Assembly: GCF_009914755.1 (NCBI RefSeq)
Contig: NC_060925.1
DNA: 64,000 nt
Reading direction: 5' to 3' (one strand)
Source of the DNA: the human T2T-CHM13v2.0 reference genome, Homo sapiens
The notes beneath the pieces were generated by a model. That model ran no database searches. It saw only the letters and a program-made list of their open reading frames with translations, and was not told the DNA's origin. The position numbers and the translations under genes are program-made. Each line of letters opens with the position of its first letter. Position 1 is the stretch's first letter. Shown here in pieces: positions 40,690 to 53,561 of the stretch.

Positions 40690-40900
40690 AACACTAACAT
40701 TTACTGAGCACTCCCAACATGCCAGATGCAGTGCTAAGAACTTCATTTTTTTTATCTGTAGAATCCTCGCATTGATTTGCATAAGCTGGTGATATTATGA
40801 CACCATTTTCCACATGAGGTCCCTGAGTTTTGCAGAGGCCATGGAGCTAGTTAGTGGTATAATCGCCACTCAAGCCCTGGTCAGTGGGGCTCTTGGCCAC
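40690..40900 (-). mobile_element. MIR remnant
   Basis: taacatttactgagcactc...tgccagatgcagtgctaag...ccattttccacatgagg. Confidence 0.65.
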
Positions 40901-43656
40901 ACCGCTGTCCTGCCCTATTGGTGGGCAGGTGTCATGCTGCAATAGGAAGCTCCAGGAGGCTTTTTTCAGGGGCCATTCCAGGACACCGAGGGCTGTCTTT
41001 GAATGGAATTTGACAGTACTTTCTGTGGGTCTTCAAAAACAGATGTGACCCTTCTCAAGAAGCTTAAACTTCTGGTGATAACCTTAATTTAGTCATTAAC
41101 TTTTTACTTCCTTATCCCATTGTGTGGTCTTCCATTGACTTGAATTTCTCCCAGGGTTGGACATATGAAGGGGTCATAGAGGTCTGGCCACAGTGGAGAC
41201 CCTCTAACTTTACATGTGGGGGCATTTCTCTGGAGTTAGTAGCAGAAGGTCCAACATGAACTAGCTTAACCACAGAGATCTATTATCTCATGTGAGCACA
41301 GGTTCTGAGGCAAGGTGGGCTGCAGGCACCATGTGATCAGGGCTGCATCTCCCTTCCTTTGACTCTGCCTCCCCTTGTCCTGAGGCCCCCTCCCTCACGG
41401 CTTTAGGATGGCCGCCTGCCTGCTGCAATGAGAGGAGCTTGCTCATTCACAGCTGGTGGGAGAAGGACAGGTGGAGTGAAAGTCCTTCTCACCTCTCTGA
41501 TTGGCCAGCCTAGGGCATGTGCCTGCTCCTGGACCTATTAGAGTCACCAGAGGGAGTCTGTGTGCTGATTGGCTGAAATAATCCCTGGCAAGGAGGATGA
41601 CATACTGTGATTGGCTAATTGGGATCCGTCCAGAGTGAGAGATGTGCTCAGCCTCCCAAGTCCATGGGCAGCGCAGAGAAGGGGCCAATCTTTTTGGTTT
41701 TGGGTGCCAAACCCAGAACTGGTTCCTATAGGGAAGGAGGGAGTGGAGAAGGCAAACAGAATGGCTGGCGAAGCTGTCAACCAGGCAGAGGTGGACGGTG
41801 CAGCGGGTGGAGAGCCAGGCCTTGTCCTGGGTCCTCCAGCACGTCACTGTGGGCAACGGGCAGCTCCCAGACCAGGCTCCCTTCCTGCTCCTGCAGACTG
41901 GGAGGACTGCAGGACTAGCTGCACAAGACAACTGGCATTTCTGGGGTGCATGCTTGGTGCTGCCTCAGCACGATGTGAAGGCTGCGTGTGCACCGTCCCA
42001 TCCCGGAGCCTCCCGACTTCTCTTGGGGAGGGGATCATGATCACTTCAGTTTAGAGATAAGGAAACAGGCGTAGAGAAGTTAAGAAACTTGCTCCAAGTC
42101 AAACAGCTGGTGAGCAACAGAGCCGGTGCTGACGCCTGTGTCCCTGGGACAGGCCATGTCCCTGGCAGCCCTAAACCAGGACACCCACCTGGCTGGGACA
42201 GGAAGGGCAGCGCCAGGTTCTGGGGTCTCCTCCATCCCCTCCCTCAGGACCTGCCTAGAGCAGCTGACTGAGAAATCCTCAGGAGGATGTGACGATGACT
42301 GATGCCTTCAAGCTCCCACTGGGCACACACAGGCAATTCCTCCATGAAAAGAGATGAATTCACAAAGGAGAAAGTGTATAAAATATTAAGAAGACATTAA
42401 GCTGAGGACACGTGAACCCCTGGGCAGCGAATGCAGGAGGCGGGGGCTGTGCCTCTGGACGCTGCAGCTGGGCTGGAGCCCTCTCCCTGCCACCATGGAA
42501 ACAGCAATATCAGAAAGCACAGTCCTGGTTAGCGGCGTGCTCGTGCCATGTGCCTGTCAGTTCTGCAAGCATTTGTTGGATGTGAAGGTTGGTGTGATGA
42601 CCACGCTGCCCACAACAGGTCAGTACATTCCCAGGACAGTCCTGAAAGGTGGGTTCTCTTTTTTCCATTATCCAAATAAGGTCAAGGACTCAGAGAAGCC
42701 ACATAACCTAGCTAGGAGGAGGGTTCAAGCTGGGTCTCCCTGTCCCCAAGCCACACTCTGGACCCCCCCTCCTGACGCTGAATAACTGAGGTCTCCTTCT
42801 GGCCCCCTCCCCACCTCACTCTGCTCGGGACACGTGGCTGCATAGGGCTTCTATGCCCCAGAAACCAGGTGGCTCCTTTCCTCCTAGTCCCTCTCCTAAT
42901 TGTTGTGTTGCAGGCAAAAGGGTGCGGACAGCTGAGGCTCCTCACTTCCCGCTCCAAAGCTCAGAACCTCCCTTCCCTCCTGGATCCAACAGAAGCAGCG
43001 GCCGCTGCTGCCTGTGCCTCTCAAACTTGTCACCCACGGATGCTGGGAAAAATGCACATAAAAGTAAGATTATGATATTTTTTGTAAATAAGTGATGCAG
43101 CAACTCAGATCTGATTTGGGCCGTCAGCCCAATCCAGCAGAGAGAGAGATGGCTGCAGAAGCATTTGCGTGTGTTCTCAGGGAACGTTTATTGTGGAAAG
43201 CTGGGCTCCGATAAAATTTTCATATAAATTATTCATTGTGGAATTCAGATGAAATGCCAAACACCCTCCCACTAAGGGACTGCCTTTTTTATTTTTATTT
43301 TTATTTTTTATTACTTCTGAAGAGAGAGTCTTAGCATCTAACGCCATCAGATGCTACTTAGTGGGGAGAAATGGATTGGTCTGCTGAGAGAGTACTGACC
43401 TTATGTGCGGGTCTCTGAGGATACCTGGCTTTTCTTAAAGGAGCCAGTGGACCACATGCCAACATCCTGCCCGGGACCTCTGATTTTCTGAGGGCCACTG
43501 GGAGGTGAGAGTCCCTGTCTCTCTTGCTGCCTGTACTTGAGAGGAAAGTGGGTGGCGCCTACAGCACAGCCCTCTGAAGCTCACAGGGCACCCTTTGGGC
43601 CCAATCCAGTGGGTCTGCTCTGGGAGAGAGTTGGGGCAGGTGCTATCTCTCTCTCT

Positions 43657-44294
<638 letters not shown>

Positions 44295-44315
44295 AGAAGA
44301 TGAAGGCTCAGAGAT

Positions 44316-44690
44316 TGTTATGGGCTGAATTGTGTACCCCCTTACCAAATCCACATGCCGAAGTCCTTACCCCCAGAACCTGTGAGTGCGACCTTATTTG
44401 GGGATAGGGTCTTGACAGAATTAAGTTGACATGAAGTCATTCAGATGGGCCCTAATCTCACAGGACTGGTGTCCTTCTAAGAAGGGGAGGTTTGGAGACA
44501 GGCATGCGCAAGCACACACAGAGGCCATGTGACAGTGAAAAAAGCCATCTGGGAGTCAAGGGGAGAGGCCTCAGAAAGAACTAGCCCTGTCCACACCTTC
44601 ATCTTGGACTTCTGGCCTCCGGGACGAGGAGAGAATAAGTTTCTGTTGTTGAAGCTGCCCAGTTTGTGGCTTCAGGAAACCAACAGAGAT
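44316..44690 (+). mobile_element. MLT1B-like LTR
   Basis: tgttatgggctgaattgtgt...ccttatttggggatagggtctt...cttggacttctggcctcc...aataagtttctgttgtt. Confidence 0.85.
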
Positions 44691-47464
44691 GGGGGCACTT
44701 TTCAAGATCTGCCTTAGTGGAGCGGGACTCACCGCCTTGGCCGTGCGATCCTGCCTGCTGGTGTTTTTCGGTTGGAGGAGGTGGGAGCTCACTTTGCCAA
44801 GTCACCCTGAGGCCTCCCGTGACGCCAGGACGCAATGAGAGCGAAGCTTAAACAGGAACTCTGCTACCGTCTTTATTTCTTCCCTTTGAAGAACCCTGGA
44901 AAGCTCTCTGTAAATATTTGCGAAGTTAATTTCACAACCCACAGATGAATACATGGATGAATGAGTGAGTGAGTGCCAAACACAGCGCTGTCCCGACACC
45001 TGCCCTGTGTGCTCAATGACCAGATGTGACTTCCTCTAGGGCCCTGAGCCAGCCATAGCTTCAAGTCACTCCTGTGCCCTGAGGGCAGGGGTGCCAAGGG
45101 GTGAGGTCCAGTGGGCTGCTACGCCCTCAGCGCGGGGGCCTCTCGGACTCAGCCTTCGGGAAGAGTTGAGGTCTGCCCTCCGAGGCAGTCACTGGTGGGA
45201 GAGGAGGGTGAGGAACACGCCGCCCAGAGCTGTAGCTGCCGGGCAGCCTGGGCTTCGCTTTTCCCTTCCAAGGCTTTCCCTGCATGGCGAAGTGGCTGGC
45301 TCTGTTCACATTCAGGCATGGCCCAGAACAGCTTCACATGCACCTCAGATGATCTTTTAGGGGTTTTTAAATTTTCATTTTTTAGCAGTAGTTATCATTT
45401 TCTTTTCCCATAGGGAGAAACAGGTGGTGCCTAAACAAACAAACAAAAAAACCCCAAAAAACCTCTGACATTTACTGGATTTCTGCTGAAAATATTGAAC
45501 AGTTCACAAAGGGGCTTTTGATCCTGAGAACCTTTCAGATCTTTGGTGCTTTTGTGCTCACCGATTCCAGGCCAGGACACCAATGCTCCCACAGCCTTGA
45601 AGCCCAGCGGGAATGGGCCGGTCCAGGCTCAGCAGCCCCATGGCTCTCCCTCTCCTTTCTTCATTTTCCACCAGCTCAATGTCCCTTGCCTCGCCCCACT
45701 GCATCCATACACATGTGTTTTGGTTTTGATTGTTTGCTGACACTTTTTGTTAGCGGCTCATTGAAGATTTCCAGTCTGCAGTAAGGACTCAGCCATAGAA
45801 CCTTCTGGAGTCCTTGCAGCCTGGCTGAACCACGAGCTGTCCCGTGTGCTGCCCATCCTACGTTCTGTCTGCAGGGAACGTTCTTTCCCTCCACACCCGC
45901 ACGTCCCCGAGACCAGCCCGGTCCAGGCTTTGGGGTCTGCCTGGCTGTCTCCTTGTCCTCCGCTGCCCCGCCACTCCTGTCCCCAGCCTGGACCCAGACC
46001 ACTGTGTCTTGGCCTTTGTCAGGCTCCGTCTATCCCCGCACCTCAGGGCCTGGTCCCTGAACCAGTGCCTGACTCTGAGGGTCCACTCTGGCCTCAGTGA
46101 GTGACAGGCTCTCAGATCGCCACATAAATGAATCAACTTCTGGAAGAAATAATGACAACATGGGTGTTTAAAAACATTTGTTCATTCAGCGTCTACCCTA
46201 TCTTTGGAATGATGCCTTTTTTTCCCTCTGAAAAGAGCAGCATTTGGGGAGAGAGCGGGCCCTCGCCGGCGGCATTGGCGGAACCCAGGATGGGAGCCTG
46301 CCATGCCAGACGCCAGACACCCCAGGGTTCCCGCACACCTGTTCCCGATTGCATGAAGCGGAGGGGCCTCCTCCTCCCTCTTTGTTTGTGTTTTCCCCCT
46401 CCCTCTGTCCCTCCCACATGCCCCCACCCTGAGTCGGGATCTGTGCCGCGGTATAGACTGCAGTGAGTTTTGACCTCCTCCTCGCCATCCTCCTTGTCTT
46501 TTATTTAAAAGGCAGCAGAAATGGGACTCTGGTCTCTCTCCCCGCCCCTCCCGCCAACAGCTGCACAGTGTGGAGTTCACTGTTCTGTGGCTCTGGGCCT
46601 TTGTGTCTGGGCGCCCGTAGTCCTGAGCCCTGCACGGTGGGGAGAGGTGAGGGCAGAGACAAGAGTGAGGTGATGGGACAGCCGCCTTGTCCTCAGCGTC
46701 CCTCCAGGAGCCCCTCAAGGTTGGAATGGCAGGCACCAGGTCCTTCCTGGAGCCTCTCGTCTCTGCTAGGCAGTGATGTGTTGTAACATGTTCCTGGAGC
46801 ACTTCCTCACCGTCTGTCTCCCTAGCTGGATTATCACTCCACTCCGAGAGAGGGGTTCCAATTTGCAATTGTAAATTGTCTTTTTTCCCCCTTTTCACTC
46901 CACATGCAGGGACTCTGACAGCTTGAAGGGACTGTCGTGGTGTGCAGTGAGCATGGCTTGTTTTCCACACGGCACAAAACACATTCCCTCTGGAGTCCCT
47001 GGGGGGATGGGGACAGTCCCCAGGGGTGCTGGGTGGGCGGTGGAGGCCAGGTGAGTAGGAGGCTGCGAGGGAGGGAGGCAGACGCTAGACACACAGTCTT
47101 TCTCCAAGTTGACCTCGGGCTGATTCCTGGACTCGACCCTGGACTCCTCCAGAGAATCGAGAGCCCATCCTGATGAGCTCATGTGTGCAATGAGGTAAGA
47201 GCGGATGGCACCGGTGGCACCTGACCTCTCGCCTCTGTTCCTTTCCCGTGAAAGCCTTTACACCACAGGGCAAGGGCCAGAGGGCTTCCTTGCTACACAG
47301 CCGGGCCCTGTCACTTCCCCCACATGGCACCCTTCACTCTCCTCACCCTGCTGGGCCCTGCATAAGGCATGCTGCCCACCACCTGCTGCCCTCTCTGTCC
47401 CGGGGGACACCGACCTCCTCATCGTGCCTCGAACACACCAGGGCGCCTTTCATAGGCATCTGCC

Positions 47465-47620
47465 CCGCAGACAGCTTCACTGCTGAATTCTACCAAACAT
47501 CTGAAGAGGAGTTAATATCAGATCTTCACAAACACCTCCAAAAGACGGGAGGAGAAAATGCTTCTCAGCGCCTTTTGAATCCAGTGATCCCTAGGTGCCA
47601 AAGCCGGACAAAGATACCAC
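47465..47620 (+). mobile_element. Isolated L1 ORF2 (RT N-terminal region) fragment
   Basis: Translates [27 protein letters not shown], similar to L1 [26 protein letters not shown]. Confidence 0.85.
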
Positions 47621-48083
47621 AGGACATGGAGCTGGCAGGCACAGCCTCTCCCAGGTCTCACCCTCCCAGGAGGCTCCCTCCCGCCGCTGACCAGGGCCTC
47701 AGCTTGAATGCCTGCCTGGGAGGTTTCCTGATTGTTCTAGCACCGGCTGCTCAGTGCCCCATCCCTCCCCCAGCCTTGCTCCCCTCCCTATGGGGTCCTG
47801 CTGGGCACATGTGCCTGGCCCACCTGTCCGACGCCACCCCCCTCTCTCTGTCCTTGGGCCGATGATCCCATCTGGTTGACGCTTTCTCTCGTGTTTGCAT
47901 CGGCTGTACCCAGAGCGGCATCTGGTTGCCAGAGGGCACCTCTGCTTGCATGGCGTGTAGCAGAGATAATGGCTCCCAAGATCCTTGGCCATGGACCCTT
48001 GGCCATGGACTTGTCCCCTCATAGTCAGGGTGGGGTGGGCCTTGCCTCTGTTCCTGGAGCTGTCCCTCCCATGGCCTTCGATG

Positions 48084-48255
48084 GCACCCCTGCTTGGGTC
48101 TTCACCTCCCGCACCCTTGCATGGATACTTACCTCCTGCACCCCTGTGTGGATCCTCACCTCCTGCACCCCTGCGTGGGTCCTCACCTCCTGCGCCCCTG
48201 CGTGGGTCCTCACCTCCCGCACCCCTGTGTGAGTCCTCACCTCCTGCACCCCTGC
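48084..48255 (+). repeat. 6.4 x 27-bp minisatellite
   Basis: Unit gcacccctgcgtgggtcctcacctcc(t/c). Confidence 0.95.
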
Positions 48256-49084
48256 AGAGTCGGCTGCATCAACAAGGTGCATGGATCTGGCATGTTGCTG
48301 GCTACAAAGCCCCTTTGGTGCCTCTTCTGCACCTTGTTGCAGGGTTGATCTGCACCGAGGTCAGCAAAATGCTTTTGGCTCCTCCTGTACAGAGAAGGAA
48401 ATCGAGGCTGGCACATCCCAAGATGGAGATGGCGTTCACGACAGCCAGGGGCCAGGGGATGATGAGCTGGTTTGTCCCAAGAGAGGGTGAAGCTTGTGAC
48501 ATGTATGAAGCATGGGTGGGCAAGGTGGCACGCGGGCACCCAGTTCCAGTCCAGTTAATCCTCAGGGTTGAGCTCAGGACCAGCAGAGCCAGGGCCAGAC
48601 CTGGTGCATGGACCTGCAGGCCTATAGGGCATCTAGTGAGGGGGTCCCCTTCAGGCGATACAGGGACCGTTCTCCAGGGGCCACTAGGAAATCTCAAACC
48701 CACAGTTGGGCCCAGGGCAGCAGCAATGTCGAGTTCAAGAATAATGTCCAGTGGGAGGCTGAGCTTTGTCTAAGGCCTGCAGAGGATCCCTGGGGATGCT
48801 GTGGGGTTTTCATAGGACCTGGAAGGAGTGTGGGATCTGGGAACTTGAAGCCCAAGGTACAGCCATTCAGCACCATAGGTGTGGCCCAATTTCTAGGGTA
48901 AAGATGACAGTTTGGCCTGGGAAACATAACCCTGCTTGCTCAATTTTGAGGTCCAGGGTGTTTTTTCACCGGCTCCGCTTCCCAGAAGGGCCCCGTTCCT
49001 TTTTGGGGTTTCCTAAAGGCATCAGGGCCTGTTTCTTAGACTTGAGATCCAAGGCAAAGGGGCCTTTGCTCACTTTAAAAAATT

Positions 49085-49563
49085 TCTTTTTTATTGGTGC
49101 ATAATAGGTGTACAGACTTTCTGCATACATGTAATAATTTAATACATTAATATAATTTGTAAAGATCCAATCAGCGTAATTAAGGCATCCATCACCTTCA
49201 ATACTGGTCTTTTCTTGATGCTGGAGACATTCAGATTATTCTTTTCTGGCTGTTTTGAAATGTACAATAGATTATTGTGAACTATAGTCACCCTGCTGCT
49301 CTAACACTAGGACTTATTTCTTCTATCCAACCGTATATTTGTACCCATCAATCACCCTGTCTTCATCCCCCCACTCCCTTCCCCTTCCCGGTCTCTGGTA
49401 CCCACAATCTACTGTCTACCCCCGTGAGATCCACCTTTTAGCTCCCCTGTGTGAGTGAGAACATGCCGTATTTGCTCTGCTTTGCTCATTTCACTTAACA
49501 TGGTGGCCTCCAGCTCCTCCATGTTGCTGACTTTCAGGACCTCATTCTGTGGTAGCTCCATCC
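49085..49563 (-). mobile_element. L1MA-type 3' end
   Basis: tttgaaatgtacaatagattattgtgaactatagtcaccct...gtgagaacatg...atttcacttaaca. Confidence 0.85.
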
Positions 49564-50414
49564 ACTCCCCCCAAAAAAATCCTCTGCCGTCCTTATGTGC
49601 CCTGAGAAGACTGTTTCCCAAATAATGCTACGGTCCCCCTTCTTCCCCCTGCCCCAGGGCCTGAGTCCACTCCCGCACACCAGCTCCCACCTGCTCCCAG
49701 CCTCCCCCTCCCATCTGCGCCGGCTGGGTTTTGGCTTTAATTTCAGCAAACACAGGCAATTCTTCTTCCCACTGGGGATGAGAACTTGCAGAAATACCAC
49801 AGCGAAGGCAGCCTCCTCGGCTCCTACCAGCCAAGGAAAAGCAAAAATCCATAGGCGCTGCGCAGGGTGTGATTTACCTCCCGAGAAGCGCACATTCCCT
49901 CCACCCGGCATCATCATCATCGTGTTGATCTCCTTCTGGAGCGTCCACAGCGCTCCCGACAATGCGAGTCTTCCCCAAATGGCATCTCTTTCATAAAGCG
50001 AGACACAGGTCCTGCAGTCCAGGGAGGAGGCAGAGGGGAGTGCTCGGCTCCACACCTGGGCCGTGGGACCGGTGTGAGTTCAGGTAAAGCCACACGGATG
50101 GAGAAACCACTTCATACACTCAGTGAAAGCAGTGTTCCTGATGAGTTTGAGTCAGCGCCGGGAAATTAGGGTCAGAGTCAACTGCAGCAAATCAACAGCC
50201 TCTCTGCCCCTCAGTCTTCTCCTCCGCAGAGTGGGCTGGAAGGTCAGTGCTTGCTGGAACTGTCATCTCTGTGCTCAATGGTGATTGCAGTGACTGGCGT
50301 GAACAGCCTTCAAACGGGTCCTTGGCAGGGGTGGGAAAGTGGAGGGGGGCACGCCGTCACACAGGCTCCTTATTAGGGATTTCTTTCCCTTTCTGACCTT
50401 AGAAGGATGCCAGA

Positions 50415-50600
50415 GATCTGGAGCTTTGGCGGTGGATGGACCTGGGTGTGAGTCATGGCTCAGCCATTTGCCAGCTGTGCAAACTCAGACAAGCTGCTTA
50501 AGCCGCGTCACACTTTCTGTAAAGGGAAGGTAGATGGGGGATCAGATATCGTACAGGGTGCATGGCCCTTAGGAGTGTCTGGTCCATAGTGAGGGCCCCG
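50415..50600 (+). mobile_element. MIR remnant
   Basis: gctttgg...gacctgggtgtgagtcatggctcagccatttgccagctgtg. Confidence 0.6.
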
Positions 50601-51327
50601 TGCATGGAAGACATAGCAACCAGGATGTGTGCTTTCTCTGAGCAGTGGCTTTGCTCTGTGGTGTCCACAGCTTGTACACTAATTTTGAGGACCTGGAGCT
50701 GGTTTTGAGGACCCTCCCTAGCAAGTACTTAGGAGTCTGCCACACACAGGTTGAGCATGGATTCATCTCTGGCTTCAACTCACAGCTTTCCCGCTGCTTT
50801 CCTTAGGCCGGTGGTTGACGTGGTCTCCATGAGCTGTGTGCATCCTCCAGTGACAGGACAAGATTTGTGCCCCCACAGGAAGGTCCCCAGCCTCCCCCCA
50901 CCTGCCCTCTGAAAATCTTCCTTGATTTCCTTTCATCCGTCCCTCAGGGGTCCTGTCTTTGTGATGTCAGCGTGAAGTGGAATTCGCAGAATGGCTAAAG
51001 TGGAGGGAAGACTTAAAATGCATTGGATGATGATAGCAGCGTCATTTACAATCACCACGACTTGGAAGCAGCCGAGATGTCCTTTGGCAGATGATTGGAG
51101 AAATGAACTGTGGCACGTCCATGCAGACCATGAAATACTATTCAGTGCTAAAAATGAGTGAGCTTTCCATCCATGAAAAGACATAGAGAAACCTGAAATG
51201 CAGATCACAAAGTGAAAGGCCAATCTGGAAAGGCTACACACCCTATGACTCCAACCTGTGACATTCCCAAAGAGGGATTTTTCCAAAGAGGAAAAATTAT
51301 GGGGACAGTAAAAAGAGGAGCTGCCAT

Positions 51328-51873
51328 CATTAGGGAAGCAGGAGTTGAGGAGAGTCAGAGTGACACCACTGAAAAATCTTCTCTGTCTTGAGACTAACAA
51401 GGTACCTTCCTTGCCAGTCACAACCCATGGTCCTAAGATGGTCACAGCTAAGGAGGCAGCTTGGTACTGCCTGCAAGGACAAACTCCTAAAACAACAGAA
51501 AGCCCAGATGTCCCAATACCCATAGCAATATGTGCTTTCAAGATAATTATAGATGTGCTTTGATGTACTCATGTACTAGACTGTTAAGGATAGTTTTCTT
51601 TAAATCAGTAGCATAATCAATTTTGTCATGCTGTCTGCTCCCCCTCACAGAGTCGCAGCTTGGTTTAGTCATTACGTAGACAAGACCCCTATATAAGAAA
51701 AACTTAAAACAAAGACGGTGCATTCTCTCGGAAGGTCCCGTGCTCTGTAATGGAGTAGGTTTTAATAAACGTGCTTCCTTCGCTGCACCTTGTGACTCGC
51801 CTTGAATTCCTTCATGCGTGAGATCCAGAAACCCTCTCTTGGGGTCTGGATCAAGACCCCTTTTCTGGTAACA
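51328..51873 (+). mobile_element. ERV solo LTR with a MER4-group-like 3' end; subfamily uncertain
   Basis: 4-bp TSD CCAT; TATATAA ~51690; AATAAA ~51763; ends gtctggatcaagaccccttttctggtaaca. Confidence 0.8.
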
Positions 51874-52049
51874 CCATGGGTTGGGGAGAGGGAGGGATGA
51901 ATAGGTGAAGCACAGGACTTTTTTGGGGCAGTGAAACTCCTCTGTATCATACTGTCACAGTGGGTCCATGTCATTAAACATTTGTCTAAACTCATAGACT
52001 GTACAACACCAACGGTGAGCCCTAATGTGGACTATGGACTTGGGGTGAT

Positions 52050-52360
52050 TGATATGGTTTGACCGTGTCCCCACCCAAATCTCATCTTGAATTTCCATGT
52101 GTTCGGGGAGGGACCCAGTGGAAGGTAATTGAATCATGGGGCAGGTCTTTCCTATGCTGTTCTCCTGACAGTGAATAAGTCTCATGAGATATGATGGTTT
52201 CGTAAACAGGAGTTTCCCTGCACATGCTCTCTTCTCTTGTCTGCCACCATGATTATGAAGCCTCCCCAGCCACGTGGAACCATAAGTCCAAAAAGCCTCT
52301 TCTGTAAATTGCCCAGTCTCAGATATGTCTTTATCAGCAGCGTGAAAATGGACTAATACA
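52050..52360 (+). mobile_element. THE1 solo LTR, internally deleted
   Basis: tgatatggtttg...ggactaataca; perfect TSD GTGAT. Confidence 0.92.
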
Positions 52361-52749
52361 GTGATAATGACATGTTAATGCAGGTTCATCAGTTGTAATA
52401 AATGTACTATTTGGTGGGGGATATTAATAGTTGGGGAGGCTGTGTGTGTGGGGGTGGGACAGAGAGTACATGTGAACTCTCTGTACCTTCTGTTGGATTT
52501 TGCTGTGAGCCTAAAACCGCTCTAAAACCATATAAAGTCCATCTACAAAAGTATCTGAGAGGCTAAATCTATCTCTATAAGAAATATGAGGAAAGAAGTA
52601 GCAGGGGAGATGCAAAAGGGGAATGGGGTGGGGGTATTAGAGAGGATTTCTGGAATTTGCCCTGTGAGAGGCTCTGAGACAGATATAGGAGGAAGAGAAT
52701 TAGGGAAGGGAGAAAAGAAGTATGGCTGTGGGCTATAAATTAGATCCAT

Positions 52750-52999
52750 GCTGAGGCAGGAGGATTGCTTCAGGCCAGGAGTTTGAGACTAGCCTGGGCA
52801 ACATAGCAAGACCTTATCTCTATCAAAAAAAAAAAATAATAAAAAACAGGGCATGGTGGCACATGCCTGTAGTCCCAGCTACAAGAGGCTGAGCAGGGAG
52901 GATTGCTTGCACCCAGGAGGTCAAGGCTGCAGTGAGCCGAGATCCTGCCACTGCACTCCAGCCTGGGCCACAGAGTGAGACTGTCTCAAAAAAAAAAAA
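52750..52999 (+). mobile_element. 5'-truncated AluJ
   Basis: ggaggattgctt, gtcaaggctgcagtgag; TSD ttagatccat. Confidence 0.92.
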
Positions 53000-53070
53000 G
53001 TTAGATCCATGATCATTTTCCTGAAGAGATTCGAGGACAGCTTAGTGCTACCTTTGATGCTGTATTCTAC

Positions 53071-53363
53071 TTTTTTTTTTTTTTTTTTTTTTGAGATGGA
53101 GTCTCGCTCCGTCGCTCAGGCTGGAGTGCAGTGGCATGATTGCAAGCTCCGCCTCTCGGGTTCACGCCATTCTCCTGCCTCGGCCTCCTGAGTAGCTGGG
53201 ACTACAGGCGCCTGCCACCACGCCTGGCTAATTTTTTGTATTTTTAGTAGAGACAGGGTTTCACCATGTTAGCCAGGATGGCCTCGATCTCCTGACCTCA
53301 TGATCCGCCTGCCTCGGCCTCCCAAGGTGCTGGAATTACAGGTGAGAGCCACTTCGCCTGGCC
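53071..53363 (-). mobile_element. AluY/Sc-like
   Basis: gcaagctccgcc...gttcacgccattctcc; flanked by tattct on both sides. Confidence 0.93.
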
Positions 53364-53451
53364 TATTCTTCTTTGAATTTAATTTCTCATTGAGACTGGA
53401 CCACATGGGATCCTAGCTTACATCTGGGTTACATTTGTAGATTAAGTTTAA

Positions 53452-53561
53452 CCCATTTATGCCTAGTGTTCCATTATTGGAACGCTAAGCTTGTGGGAGT
53501 AATTTATATCTGGCTGCTCAAGGTCACCCACAAGGTCTGATTTTTCACAAAAAATATTTGC
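53452..53561 (+). mobile_element. MER85 (non-autonomous piggyBac/PGBD3 MITE), right TIR lost
   Basis: TTAA (53448-53451), TIR CCCATTTATGCCT, palindrome GTTCCATTATTGGAAC, then ctgctcaaggtca...aaggtctgat. Confidence 0.9.

Larger units (their letters stand above)
46470..50930 (-). ncRNA. Antisense lncRNA, probably LINC01345; tentative
   Basis: AATAAA on the minus strand (tttatt 46500-46505) near the recalled 3' end. The 5' end is from memory of the locus only. Confidence 0.3.
51020..52545 (+). mobile_element. L1MB/MC-type 3' end hosting two LTR insertions
   Basis: cttggaagcagccgagatgtcct...aaatactattcagtgctaaaa...gtgagccctaatgtggactatggact...tgctgtgagcctaaaaccgctct. Confidence 0.8.

Noticed and set aside
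46182-46982. 266-aa minus-strand ORF
   Set aside because: GTG start, no recognisable homology, and it extends past the minus-strand AATAAA at ~46500.
47248-47865. 205-aa ORF with an RT-like segment
   Set aside because: Only ~150 bp is a decayed L1 ORF2 fragment; no catalytic motifs.
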